Virus record (IMG/VR): IMGVR_UViG_3300022540_000584
Coordinates: 1-56,903 of that record
Origin: a virus
Taxonomy: Duplodnaviria > Caudoviricetes
DNA: 56,903 bases
Strand: one strand, 5' to 3'
The notes beneath the pieces are model-generated. The model ran no database searches, was not told where the DNA came from, and was given only the letters and a program-made list of their open reading frames with translations. How positions within the stretch are numbered: position 1 is the stretch's first letter; each line of letters opens with the position of its first letter. A program made the translations under genes and the position numbers. This document shows, in pieces, positions 1 to 9,585 of the stretch.

Positions 1-177
1 CCTGATCCGACGTGTCCACCCCCTCATCCTGATCAGCCGACCCTCACGCCCCGGCCGACCCTCACGCCGGCCCCGATCCCGACCTGCCGCCCTACCAAAA
101 TCTGCCCGCCAACGCCCACGCCCCGGCCCACGGCGACGTATTACCCGACGTTTACACCCTACCCACCGCAGCCCTGA
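1..177 (+). CDS. C-terminal part of Pro/Thr-rich secreted protein (continues from 56579)
   Basis: Frame 1 reads PDPTCPPPHPDQPTLTPRPTLTPAPIPTCRPTKICPPTPTPRPTATYYPTFTPYPPQP*, same composition as the open ORF at the window end. Confidence 0.7.
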   Translation, partial: PDPTCPPPHPDQPTLTPRPTLTPAPIPTCRPTKICPPTPTPRPTATYYPTFTPYPPQP

Positions 178-190
178 ACAGGAGAGAGTA

Positions 191-478
191 ATGGTACAAC
201 TATCAGACACCGACCGCGCCCGCATCTGGCGCGGACTCATGCGCTACTGGAGTAATCTGCGGGAGGCGCTGGGTGCACTCTCAAAGCAGCAGTTAAGGGA
301 TGCCATTGACGCCACGGACACGTGGATTGATGACAACCAAGCCTCCTACAATTCTGCTCTGCCGGAGGCTGCACGCAACGCGCTCACCCAATCTCAAAAG
401 ACGATTTTATTCTGCGCTGTGGCACTGGCAAGGGTGAGCATTTCAATGCTGCGACGCGTATTCGGGGAGGTGAACTAA
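191..478 (+). CDS. Hypothetical phage protein
   Basis: AGGAGAG RBS, 95 aa, translationally coupled to next gene. Confidence 0.8.
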   Translation: MVQLSDTDRARIWRGLMRYWSNLREALGALSKQQLRDAIDATDTWIDDNQASYNSALPEAARNALTQSQKTILFCAVALARVSISMLRRVFGEVN

Positions 479-969
479 TGGCTTCAGGTGATACGTTATG
501 TGTATTCACGCCCTTGCATAATGAGCCGCCGGCATCCAATCCAATGACCTTGGATACAAGGAATGCACATCCGGTTCTAGATGCAGATGCCTCCACCAAC
601 GAGAGCGCCGTCTTCTCTGCCGTCATGCCCCGCAACTACGGCGGCGGCGGCGTCACGGCGTATCACCACTACGCCATGTCATCGGCGACGGCTAACACTG
701 TAGATCAGGACGGCTCCTTTGAGCGTATTGGGGACCAGCAACAGGACATCGACTCTGATGGCTTTGCAGCAGTGCAAAGCGTAGACAATATCACAGTGCC
801 AGGTACAAGTGGCCTAGTAGACATCGTCGCTATCACTTTCACTAACGGCGCACAGATGGATTCCATCGCAGTTGGCGAGGGATTTCGATACAAAGCCACG
901 CGTGATGCCGTCAATGATGACGCAACGGGAGATATGGAACTACTCTTAGTAGAGCTCAAGGAGACCTAA
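478..969 (+). CDS. Beta-sandwich virion/fibre-associated protein
   Basis: GGAGGTG RBS; beta-rich; resembles the C-terminal domain of 21429..22385. Confidence 0.65.
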   Translation: MASGDTLCVFTPLHNEPPASNPMTLDTRNAHPVLDADASTNESAVFSAVMPRNYGGGGVTAYHHYAMSSATANTVDQDGSFERIGDQQQDIDSDGFAAVQSVDNITVPGTSGLVDIVAITFTNGAQMDSIAVGEGFRYKATRDAVNDDATGDMELLLVELKET

Positions 970-972
970 CCG

Positions 973-2694
973 GTGGCCCGTCACTTCGCCTCTGGTTCAA
1001 GTGAATATCTGGAGATCGACACCCCTGTCGTTACTGCTGCACCATTTTCGGTAAGCATGTGGTGCTACAACCTGTCATACGCATGGCAGGTTCCGTTCTG
1101 GCTCGGCGACAAGGACCTGGACAACAACGAATACTGGCGATTACTGCTCTACAGTGACGGCTCGTCAGCAAACTGGACCGCGCGCGCCTCAGCAGCTCAA
1201 AGCACCGCCACCACGACGGCGGGTTTTAGCCTGAATACCTGGTATCACCTCCTGGTCGTGGAAGCAGCATCGAACAGCCGGGCAATCTATCTCAATGGAG
1301 GAAACAAGGGCACAAACTCCGGTTCCCGCTCGCCCACCGGGGTAGATCGAACGAGCATAGCGCGCACGGGAGACAGCACTCCTGGCGAGTATTTCAACGG
1401 CTACGTGACTGAAGTCGCTGTATGGGACACGGCCCTGGGTGATGCAGATGCGACTATCCTGGCCAACTATTTCTCACCATTGTTTATCAAGCCGCAAAGC
1501 CTGGTGTCCTATTGGTCCCTGATCCGAGACGAGGACCAGGATAGGATTGGCGGCCACGACATGACGGCCTATAATACGCCGAGCATCGCGGCGCATCCGC
1601 CGATGATCTACCCGGCACCGCCGCGTATCTGGCACGTGGCAGGAGGCGTGGCTGCCCTTGCCGCATCGGTATCTGATTCTATAGCGGCTACAGAAAGCAC
1701 GGCGGCAATTATCTCAACGGCATTGGCCAATGTCTCTGAGAATGTAACAGCAGCGGAATCTGTCATGCTGGCAATCGCCAATGCTCAGGCCGGCGCCAGT
1801 GACAATGTAAGTGTAGCAGAGAGCACAGCGGCGAATATTATCGCCGCCACCACACGCAGTGTTAGTGTTAGTGATGAGGCGGCTCTATCTGAATCTACAA
1901 TAGTCGCCGTAAGTACGCCGGCGATTGGCGTATCTGATAATGCATCCATTGCAGAGAGTGTCATCATAGCAGTAGTCATTGCACCGGCAGTGCAAGATAC
2001 TGTTTCCATTTCCGAGAACGTATCTCTGGCAATCTCAACTGTACAAGCCGACGCAAGTGATAATGTTTCAATCGCTGAGAGCGTGTCAGTTAGTGTTGCC
2101 GAGGTGGGCGCTTACAGCGTCAATATAAGTGAAACTGTCTCATTAACCGAATCTGTGGCCACCGCTACAGAGGCACTGGCCGCCGGTGTATCTGACAATA
2201 TATCGGTCAGCGAAAGCGTGACGGTCTACGTCGCCGTGGCCGGTGCGATGAACATCAGCGTGAGTGAAGTCGTCTCGTTATCTGAGAACGCGATCACGGC
2301 CACAGATACGCTGGTGATGAGTGTATCTGATTCTGTTTCAATCACCGAAACAGTTTTGCCTACATGGTCACTAGATGTTTCGGTGAGTGAGGCTATTGGC
2401 GTAGCAGAGGATGTTGACGCCGATCCGTTGCAGATAGCAGCCTCGGCATTAGATAATGTCACGCTCACGGAGAGTGTGTCAATCGGCGGCCTGCTTGACT
2501 ATTCCGTTACGGTAACTGAGGCTGTGGCAATCACTGAATTGATATCGGTAACGCTGCCAGGCAGGCTAGTAGATGTCGATATTTCCGATGCGGTAGTTTA
2601 CGGCGTTTTGATAACAGATGAGGCGGTCTATGGCGTTTCAATAGTCGATGAGATAGTCTACGGTGTTTCAATTACGGATGTGTCTAGAATATAA
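973..2694 (+). CDS. LamG/concanavalin A-like lectin domain plus ~14 Ser/Val-rich repeats (fibre-like)
   Basis: LamG motifs (NTWYHL, IYLNG, FNGYVTEVAVWDTAL) followed by repeated xVSDxVSxxES units. Confidence 0.8.
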   Translation: MARHFASGSSEYLEIDTPVVTAAPFSVSMWCYNLSYAWQVPFWLGDKDLDNNEYWRLLLYSDGSSANWTARASAAQSTATTTAGFSLNTWYHLLVVEAASNSRAIYLNGGNKGTNSGSRSPTGVDRTSIARTGDSTPGEYFNGYVTEVAVWDTALGDADATILANYFSPLFIKPQSLVSYWSLIRDEDQDRIGGHDMTAYNTPSIAAHPPMIYPAPPRIWHVAGGVAALAASVSDSIAATESTAAIISTALANVSENVTAAESVMLAIANAQAGASDNVSVAESTAANIIAATTRSVSVSDEAALSESTIVAVSTPAIGVSDNASIAESVIIAVVIAPAVQDTVSISENVSLAISTVQADASDNVSIAESVSVSVAEVGAYSVNISETVSLTESVATATEALAAGVSDNISVSESVTVYVAVAGAMNISVSEVVSLSENAITATDTLVMSVSDSVSITETVLPTWSLDVSVSEAIGVAEDVDADPLQIAASALDNVTLTESVSIGGLLDYSVTVTEAVAITELISVTLPGRLVDVDISDAVVYGVLITDEAVYGVSIVDEIVYGVSITDVSRI

Positions 2695-2712
2695 CATAGG
2701 CAGGAGGTAACG

Positions 2713-3195
2713 ATGCAAGCGCAGGCACAAAAGGTGGTAGAGCAAACAGTTGGGATACGCGGAATGTTTCGTATCCATCTCATGAAGAACGGACAATTGG
2801 TGGGCGACTCGGGCTGGGTGGGAAACACAATAGTCAATCTGGGTTTCAATCAATATCTGGTTAGTTTGATTGGGGCCATCGCCGGAAGCAAACAGGTAAC
2901 GCACATGGCCCTGGGCACGGGCTCACAGCCCGGCGCGGCAGACACAAGCTTGCAGGGCGAAACGGACAAGCGGACGACCATCACGGCGGCCACGTCCTCG
3001 GCCAGCAAGACCTGCCGATTCACGGCAACGTTTGGCAGTTCGGACAGTTTCGTGACCGCTACACGTAACATCTCTAACGTTGGATTGTTCAACACGTCGA
3101 GCGGCGGCACGATCTTCTCTGGTAACACGTTCGCGTCTAGTTCGTGTGCCACAAATCAGGACGTCAATGTAACTTACGATATTATCATGTCGTGA
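2713..3195 (+). CDS. Small beta-rich structural protein (tail-collar/fibre N-terminal-like)
   Basis: AGGAGG RBS; NTIVNLG...MALGTG...DTSLQGE...VGLF pattern typical of phage fibre-attachment domains. Confidence 0.65.
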   Translation: MQAQAQKVVEQTVGIRGMFRIHLMKNGQLVGDSGWVGNTIVNLGFNQYLVSLIGAIAGSKQVTHMALGTGSQPGAADTSLQGETDKRTTITAATSSASKTCRFTATFGSSDSFVTATRNISNVGLFNTSSGGTIFSGNTFASSSCATNQDVNVTYDIIMS

Positions 3196-3206
3196 ATATC
3201 CTGGTT

Positions 3207-3707
3207 ATGCCAATGGACATTGAGGCCTTACTGGCAGAGAAATCAGGTATCCGCCTGGACATCGGCGGCGGCGCGAATCCGCAGGATGGCTTTGTCAATC
3301 TAGATAAGCGCGACCTATCGGCGGTTGACATAGTTCACGATGTAGAGCAATATCCGTGGCCGTTGCCGGACGAGTGCGTGCTGGTGGCAATGGCCTCTCA
3401 TCTGGTAGAGCATATTAACCCGGCAGGCGGTGGCTTCATTCGCTTCATGGATGAGGCATGGCGCGTGATGAAGTCAGGCGGAGAGTTCGCTATCTCTTGT
3501 CCACACGGCAGCAGTCAGGGTTATCTACAAGACCCGACTCACTGTAATCAAATCAATGAAGCCACCTGGTCATATTTTGATCCTGAGTGCCCACGGGTGG
3601 GCGGTAGGCTCTACGAGATTTACCGGCCCAAGCCATGGCGCATCAAATACCTGGTCTGGTCGCCGAATGCGAATATTGAGGTTATACTGGTGAAGCGTAA
3701 TGAGTGA
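3207..3707 (+). CDS. Class I SAM-dependent methyltransferase
   Basis: LDIGGG motif I, VNLD, SHLVEH, DPTH; exact start uncertain (3192/3207/3213). Confidence 0.85.
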   Translation: MPMDIEALLAEKSGIRLDIGGGANPQDGFVNLDKRDLSAVDIVHDVEQYPWPLPDECVLVAMASHLVEHINPAGGGFIRFMDEAWRVMKSGGEFAISCPHGSSQGYLQDPTHCNQINEATWSYFDPECPRVGGRLYEIYRPKPWRIKYLVWSPNANIEVILVKRNE

Positions 3708-4590
3708 AGACATCCAGTCTGAACTAACCCAACTTCGTGAGCGCCTGGGCGAGTTAGAGCGTAAGGCAGGCGATCGCTATCGCGGGCCGCTTCTCAAAGA
3801 GCCACCGATCCGTCCCTACCGTACTATCATTAAGGACAGCGGAGATCCGGGCTATGTCAACCGGCTATTGATTGGCACGGCCACCACTGGCTTGGTACGT
3901 GTGGAGTGGGTGACGGGCCGATATGGTCAGGTCATCCCGCCGAATTGGAGTATGGTTCAGATGCTTCAATATCTCAATGCCTATATCCCGCTACGTTACC
4001 AGGTGGCCGATGCGCAGAATTTAATAGTCCGCGAGGCGGTCAAGGGTGATTTTGAATGGCTTCTGTTAATTGAGCATGATGTAATATTGCCGCCCGATAC
4101 GTTCAAGCGGTTGGATGATTACATTCGCGAGGCTCAGACGCCGGTTGTGAGCGGACTGTATTACACCCGTCACCGCCCTAGCGTCCCGCTAGTTTATCGG
4201 GGCCGTGGCACAAGTTTCTATGACGACTGGGAGTTCGGCGACTTGGTTTGGTGTGATGGCGTGCCGACCGGCTGTGTGCTCATACATTGTGCAATCCTGC
4301 GCGCAATGTGGGAAGATAGCGAGGGATATCTAATCCAGCATCCTGACGGAAGGCGCGATCTGACGCGCAAGGTATTCAACACGCCACGTGCCACCTGGTT
4401 CGATCCTGAGACGGAACAGTTCAATGTCACATCTGGCACAAGTGACCTGGCCTGGTGCACCCGTGTGATGGAGGGTGACTATCTGACAAAGGCAGGCTGG
4501 GACGAGCATCAGGCAATGGAGTTTCCATTCTTGGTGGACACGAATATCTTTTGTAAACATATTGATATGGACGGTACACAATACCCATGA
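3700..4590 (+). CDS. Glycosyltransferase, GT-A fold (family 2-like)
   Basis: AQNLIV...WLLLIEHD (DxD variant), VVSGLY, GVPTGCVLI, SDLAWC, VDTNIFCKH. Confidence 0.8.
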   Translation: MSEDIQSELTQLRERLGELERKAGDRYRGPLLKEPPIRPYRTIIKDSGDPGYVNRLLIGTATTGLVRVEWVTGRYGQVIPPNWSMVQMLQYLNAYIPLRYQVADAQNLIVREAVKGDFEWLLLIEHDVILPPDTFKRLDDYIREAQTPVVSGLYYTRHRPSVPLVYRGRGTSFYDDWEFGDLVWCDGVPTGCVLIHCAILRAMWEDSEGYLIQHPDGRRDLTRKVFNTPRATWFDPETEQFNVTSGTSDLAWCTRVMEGDYLTKAGWDEHQAMEFPFLVDTNIFCKHIDMDGTQYP

Positions 4591-4703
4591 ATGATGGACA
4601 GAAAAAGCGCAAACGCAAACGCAAGAAGCTGAAGAAGCCACCGGCGCTAGGCATCAAGGTGTCTGATGCGGTGATAACGCAGGACAAGGTAGGCAATGGC
4701 TAA
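4587..4703 (+). CDS. 38-aa basic peptide
   Basis: ATGA overlap with GT stop, overlaps next start; MNDGQKKRKRKRKKLKKPPALGIKVSDAVITQDKVGNG. Confidence 0.5.
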   Translation: MNDGQKKRKRKRKKLKKPPALGIKVSDAVITQDKVGNG

Positions 4704-4992
4704 TACTTATGACATAGGAGATGTCGTTCGTTGCTCCGCTGCGTTTACCGATGCCGACGGCGCAGCTGCCGACCCGACTACCCTCACCTTTCGCTGGCAG
4801 ACGCCGGCGGGCGTGGAGGCCAGCTACGTCTACGGCACTGATGATGAGCTGGTCAAGGACGGCACTGGCAATTATCACGTAGACTTGACGATCGATAACG
4901 ATGGCGTCTGGTATCATAGGTTCGAGGGCACCGGTACGAATGTAGCAGCGGCGGAGAGTTACTTTGTCATCCAGCAGTCGGAGTTTTATTAG
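4696..4992 (+). CDS. Ig-like small virion protein (BppU-like)
   Basis: YDIGDVV...DPT...TGNYHVD...GVWYHRFEGTG beta-sandwich pattern common in phages. Confidence 0.65.
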   Translation: MANTYDIGDVVRCSAAFTDADGAAADPTTLTFRWQTPAGVEASYVYGTDDELVKDGTGNYHVDLTIDNDGVWYHRFEGTGTNVAAAESYFVIQQSEFY

Positions 4993-5023
4993 AGGTGTGG
5001 GCCGACTTGCGCGGGGAGGTGTG

Positions 5024-5092
5024 ATGGACATTCGCAATCGCGTGATGGAGATGCGCATCATCCTTGCCACTTTTGTGACAATAGAAAAGTGA
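5024..5092 (+). pseudogene. N-terminal stub, possibly of a ParB-like/DNA-modification gene
   Basis: Strong GGAGGTG RBS, MDIRNRVMEMR.. then stop after 22 aa, directly before terS. Confidence 0.35.
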
Positions 5093-5093
5093 C

Positions 5094-5528
5094 ATGGCGA
5101 GACAGGGAAATACGAAAGGTGCGAGGGAGCGAGCGGCAGTGCGGCGAAAGCAGGCACTTGATTTACGCTGCGCTGGGGCTTCCTATCGCCTGATAGGTGA
5201 GACACTTGATGTATCAAGGCAACAGGCACATAGGGACGTCACGCGGGCGCTGCGTAATCTGGCAAAGCTATCTGAAGAAGATGCCGAGGCAATGCGCACT
5301 TTGGAGGAGTACCGCCTCAACAAGATGCTGCGCGGGCTGTGGCCCGCAGCACTCAAGGGCCACCAGGGAGCCGTTGATCGTGTGCTCAGGATAATGGATA
5401 GACGGGCGCGATACCTGGGCCTGGACGCACCGAAGGCACTGGATATAAAGAGTGGCGGGAAGCCGCTGGCAAACGTAATTGTGATTATAGAGCATGGAAC
5501 ACCAAGCGGTGACACTGATGGCAATTGA
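5094..5528 (+). CDS. terS: Terminase small subunit
   Basis: N-terminal HTH (ALDLRCAGASYRLIGETL), RRARYLGLDAP, immediately upstream of terL. Confidence 0.85.
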   Translation: MARQGNTKGARERAAVRRKQALDLRCAGASYRLIGETLDVSRQQAHRDVTRALRNLAKLSEEDAEAMRTLEEYRLNKMLRGLWPAALKGHQGAVDRVLRIMDRRARYLGLDAPKALDIKSGGKPLANVIVIIEHGTPSGDTDGN

Positions 5529-6927
5529 GCATCGTTTCCACCTGCCTATAACAGATGAGGACAGCCTGCGCGAGTTTGTGCGCGTGGCCTGGGGCGTGGA
5601 GATACCGGACGTGCAAGTATGCCCCAATCACAGCACGCCCTGGCGCGCTTTTGCCGATGCCTACTTCGCCCGCAATCGCGTGACAGTGTGGAAGGCCAGC
5701 CGCGGCTTTGGCGGCAAGTCGTTCTTGCTGGCCCTGCTGGGATTGACCGAGGCGGTCACTCTCAAGGCCGACGTAAACATACTCGGCGGCAGCGGTGAGC
5801 AGTCTGAGAACGTGCATAAGTATGCCCGCCAGTTTTGGAACTACAAGGGCGCGCCCTCCAATCTGCTGGCCTCCGACCCGCTGAAACGGGAGACGCGGCT
5901 GGCCTGGGGCAACGTCATCAAGGCACTGCTGGCGAGTCCGCGCAGTGTCAGAGGGCCTCATCCTCAGCGCCTTCGGCTGGACGAGGTGGATGAGATGGAA
6001 TTATCCATCTTTGACGCCGCGATGGGCCAGACGATGGGCAAGGACGGCATCCCGGCGCAGACGGTCGTTTCCAGCACTCACCAGCATGCCGATGGCACGA
6101 TGACGGAGGCGCTGAAACGAGCGGCGGAGAAGGGCTGGAAAGTTCACGAGTGGTGTTACAAAGAAACGGAGGCAGGCTGGCTTGACGCCGCAGAGGTCGA
6201 GGGCAAACGCCAGGACGTGACGGTTGCCATGTGGGACGTGGAATACGACTTGCAAGAGCCGTCGCCTGAATCCCGCGCCATCCAGCCCAAGTCGGTCGAG
6301 GCGATGTTCAAGAAGTCGCTCGGTGAGTTCATCGGGCGTAGCGGGGAATATATTGAGGCTGAGCCGCCGCTGATGCGATGCCTAGAGTGCGAGATAGTAG
6401 CAGAGATTGGCGACCGATGTCCTGAGTGCGACGGTGAAAAACTCCAGCCAGTATCATATTCTACCGGCGCAGATTGGGCCAAGAAGCAGGACTGGACGGT
6501 CATCGTCACGCTGAACGCGGACGTACAGCCGGCGCGCGTAGTAACCTTCGAGCGCATGGGACGCTTGCCCTGGCCGGTGATGGTCGGTAAGTTCGACAAG
6601 CGGCTGGAGCGGTATAGCGGCAGCGGTACGCACGATGGTACGGGCGTGGGTGATGTAGTGGGCGACCACCTGAACGCCGCCGCCACGGGATTCGTGATGA
6701 CAGGCGGGGTTCGCCGGGCTCGCTGGGACTTGCTCACTAACTACATCGCCGCTATTGAAAACAGCGAGGTCGAAGCGCCGATGATTGAGTTCATGTACAA
6801 CGAGCACAAGTACGCATCGGTGGATGATGTGTATGGCAGTGGCCACCTACCGGATAGCATCGCGGCTATGGCATTGGCCTGGCACGGCATAGATGCGGGC
6901 CAGGTGTTCCCTTTCGGCCACGCATAG
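5494..6927 (+). CDS. terL: Terminase large subunit
   Basis: Walker A SRGFGGKS, Walker B LRLDEVDE, RNase H-like GADWAKKQD, HDGTGVG, HLPDSIAA; start may be 5518. Confidence 0.95.
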   Translation: MEHQAVTLMAIEHRFHLPITDEDSLREFVRVAWGVEIPDVQVCPNHSTPWRAFADAYFARNRVTVWKASRGFGGKSFLLALLGLTEAVTLKADVNILGGSGEQSENVHKYARQFWNYKGAPSNLLASDPLKRETRLAWGNVIKALLASPRSVRGPHPQRLRLDEVDEMELSIFDAAMGQTMGKDGIPAQTVVSSTHQHADGTMTEALKRAAEKGWKVHEWCYKETEAGWLDAAEVEGKRQDVTVAMWDVEYDLQEPSPESRAIQPKSVEAMFKKSLGEFIGRSGEYIEAEPPLMRCLECEIVAEIGDRCPECDGEKLQPVSYSTGADWAKKQDWTVIVTLNADVQPARVVTFERMGRLPWPVMVGKFDKRLERYSGSGTHDGTGVGDVVGDHLNAAATGFVMTGGVRRARWDLLTNYIAAIENSEVEAPMIEFMYNEHKYASVDDVYGSGHLPDSIAAMALAWHGIDAGQVFPFGHA

Positions 6928-6936
6928 GACGAACTT

Positions 6937-8469
6937 ATGGGCGTGAGACAATGGATTGACAGGCAGATAGCCGGGATGGGCTATGCCAAGGCGGATGATC
7001 GGGGCAGCAGCGTATCTGTTTCCACGATACTGCGAGGCGAGGCTCCGCGCTTTGGGCCGCTGGACGTGCCGACGATGGACGACGAGGCCCAGCAGCGAAC
7101 GGAACGGCGGGCCGTCACGTCGCCGTGGGCCTTCTCGGACGCGCAATTGATCACGCGTGAATTCTCGCGCGCCGATTTCTACGTCGAGGAACAGGGGAGC
7201 GACGGCAAATGGGCGCGGGTAGAGGGGCACGAATATGAGACGTTGCAATCCCGCCCCAACCCCGACAGCCGCTTCATGGATCGCTCATTCGTGCTGCAAT
7301 ATACCGCCTGGTGGCTGCTGGTGCGCGGCGAGGCATACTGGTGGCAGGTGGAGGACAACGCTGGCGGCTTGATGCAGCTCCTGCCCATTCCTGCCAGTCG
7401 CATGAGGCCGATACCGGATCCGACGAAGTACATCGCGGGCTTCCTCTACACCCCGCGCCATGGACAGAAGCCAGAGCCCATCCCTGTCGAGAAGACGTGT
7501 TATTTCCGCACGCCGAACATCTTCGACTATCATCGTGGCTTGTCGGCGCTGTCGGCGGCGAAGCTGGAATTGGAGACAGATCATTCAGCGGCGACTTGGA
7601 ACAGGGATACTTTCATAAAAGAGGCCTCCCTGCGTCTCCTGTTGGGTCTGCCGAAAGAAATGGGGAGACGCGATTATGAGACGCGCAAAACTGAACTGGA
7701 GGAGTTGCTGGCCGAGAAGGGCCTGCGATACATCATCTCCCGCGCTGGCGACTTGACGGCGACGGTGCTGGATTCAACTCACAAGGACCTGGAGTACATG
7801 GAGGGGCGCATCCAGAACCGCGAGGCGATAGACCGTGTCTTTGGCGTCCCCGCCGGCTTCTGGGCGAAGGAAGCAAGCAGGGCCAACACCGAGTCGGCCA
7901 GGGCCACGCTCATCGAGTTCACCGTGTACCCGATGCACGTCGCAACAGCCGAAGCCATAACTTCACAGATCATCATACCGCGCTGGGGCGATGGCCTGCG
8001 CGGCAAGTTCGAGGACATTCGCCCGCGCGACCGGAAGCTGCTGGTCGTGGAGCGGCGGCAATACTGGCAGGTCAAGACGGTGGACGAGGCGCGGAAAGAT
8101 TTGGGCCTCGTAGAACTGGATGACGCACTGCTCGGCAACACGCTCGTCCCGCTGGCGACGAAGCCCGCGCAGGCAGGCAGCGGCCTACCGTTCATGTCCA
8201 TGCCGACGAAGGCCGAGCAAGACCGCTCGTGCCGTGAAGACCTGCGCCGCTGGCAGTCGGTGGCACTGCGGCGGCTGGGTAAGGGTGAGCAACCCGGCGG
8301 CTACGACTTCGTGAGCGAGCACATCCCGGCAGATGCGGCAGCAAACGTCAGGGCATTGCTGGTGGATGCCAGCACGAGTGAGGAGGTCAAGGCCATCTTC
8401 GCGGCCACGTTTCAAGATACTGAAACAGGTCACGATCACCGACGGCTCGACTGGGCGTCCTATCCGTGA
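6937..8469 (+). CDS. Portal protein (HK97 family)
   Basis: LLVRGEAYW, GLSAL, IDRVFGVP, SRAN, TVDEARKDLGL. Confidence 0.95.
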   Translation: MGVRQWIDRQIAGMGYAKADDRGSSVSVSTILRGEAPRFGPLDVPTMDDEAQQRTERRAVTSPWAFSDAQLITREFSRADFYVEEQGSDGKWARVEGHEYETLQSRPNPDSRFMDRSFVLQYTAWWLLVRGEAYWWQVEDNAGGLMQLLPIPASRMRPIPDPTKYIAGFLYTPRHGQKPEPIPVEKTCYFRTPNIFDYHRGLSALSAAKLELETDHSAATWNRDTFIKEASLRLLLGLPKEMGRRDYETRKTELEELLAEKGLRYIISRAGDLTATVLDSTHKDLEYMEGRIQNREAIDRVFGVPAGFWAKEASRANTESARATLIEFTVYPMHVATAEAITSQIIIPRWGDGLRGKFEDIRPRDRKLLVVERRQYWQVKTVDEARKDLGLVELDDALLGNTLVPLATKPAQAGSGLPFMSMPTKAEQDRSCREDLRRWQSVALRRLGKGEQPGGYDFVSEHIPADAAANVRALLVDASTSEEVKAIFAATFQDTETGHDHRRLDWASYP

Positions 8470-9316
8470 AACGAGGGATGGGTTGAAAGACCCATCGGGC
8501 GCGGCGAAGGACAAAGCCGAACGGGAGTGGGAAGCAGCACTTTTAAAATACTGGCGTGAGCAACGGGAACGAATAAAGAAGCGGCTCGCGCCCGGGATAC
8601 CAAAGAGCCGCAAGGCCATCGGCGACTTGCCCAAGCGGCTGGATGCCGACTTCTGGCGCAACGAGGATGAAGAGTTGATGGCGGTGCTCGTGCCGCTGTT
8701 CACCGCCGCCGCTACGGGTGGCATCACGATACTGGCCGCCACGGTCGAGGCCGAGTTTGGCATAGTAGTCGATTGGACGCTGGCAAACGCCGAAGCGATA
8801 GAGTGGGCGCGGAAGCATGCCGCCGAACTGGTGAAGGGCGTCAACAAGTCCACGAAGGAGACGTTGCGCCAAGTCATCTCTGCCTGGCTCGATACGCCAG
8901 GCTCCACGATGAATGACCTATTCAGGCAGATCGGGATAATCGAGGAGATACCGGGCAAGTTCGTGTTCAGCGCGGCGCGGGCAAAGATGATCGGCGTGAC
9001 AGAAGTAACGAACAGTTATCAGGCCGGACACGAAGCAGGATATGAGGCGGCGGGCTTTCCCTCTACGGCATTTGGGCCGACGGCTCATCCGAACGGAAGA
9101 TGTTGGACTAATGCCGATGTATTGCCGAACAATGAATTCGTGATCGTGTGGCGGACGAACCGTGACAGCTTGGTATGCACGCGACCACTGGCGACACCGT
9201 GGGGCGAGGTCGCGGGCTGTGCGGCGCTGGAAAACGTGATAGTCTCTGAGGGGCCGTGGCTGGGCTGGAATTTTAGAGACGCCGCGCGGGAAGCGAGGGC
9301 GAGGGAGAGGGGATAG
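8411..9316 (+). CDS. Head morphogenesis protein (Mu gpF/SPP1 gp7-like)
   Basis: RAKMIGVTEVT, AHPNGRC motif, position after portal; start unclear (frameshift from portal or TTG at 8483). Confidence 0.8.
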   Translation, partial: FKILKQVTITDGSTGRPIRETRDGLKDPSGAAKDKAEREWEAALLKYWREQRERIKKRLAPGIPKSRKAIGDLPKRLDADFWRNEDEELMAVLVPLFTAAATGGITILAATVEAEFGIVVDWTLANAEAIEWARKHAAELVKGVNKSTKETLRQVISAWLDTPGSTMNDLFRQIGIIEEIPGKFVFSAARAKMIGVTEVTNSYQAGHEAGYEAAGFPSTAFGPTAHPNGRCWTNADVLPNNEFVIVWRTNRDSLVCTRPLATPWGEVAGCAALENVIVSEGPWLGWNFRDAAREARARERG

Positions 9317-9318
9317 CA

Positions 9319-9585
9319 ATGGGCAAAAGAGCAGTCCAAGTATCTGGTGAACTCTGGCAACAGATATGCACCGTTGGGTGGACCGGCAACAGGCTGGAGT
9401 GCATTGAGGGCTTGCCGGAAGGGGTGACTTTCCACAGCGCCTTTTATATTCCCTCGGTGTGCCTGGGGACGCATATACTTACGTTTGTTTTTGAGCATCC
9501 CGACTGGCCGAAGCTTGAACTAGGCGAGGAGATACCGATGATTGAAGTAGTCTGGAAACAGACATACGATGACCTGGGATTGTAA
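9319..9585 (+). CDS. Hypothetical protein
   Basis: RBS plus ORF filling intergenic space. Confidence 0.7.
   Translation: MGKRAVQVSGELWQQICTVGWTGNRLECIEGLPEGVTFHSAFYIPSVCLGTHILTFVFEHPDWPKLELGEEIPMIEVVWKQTYDDLGL

Noticed and set aside
2595-2685. 30-bp repeats containing GTTTCAAT, CRISPR-like
   Set aside because: They encode in-frame 10-aa repeats (VYGVSIxDE), have no spacers, and no cas genes are present
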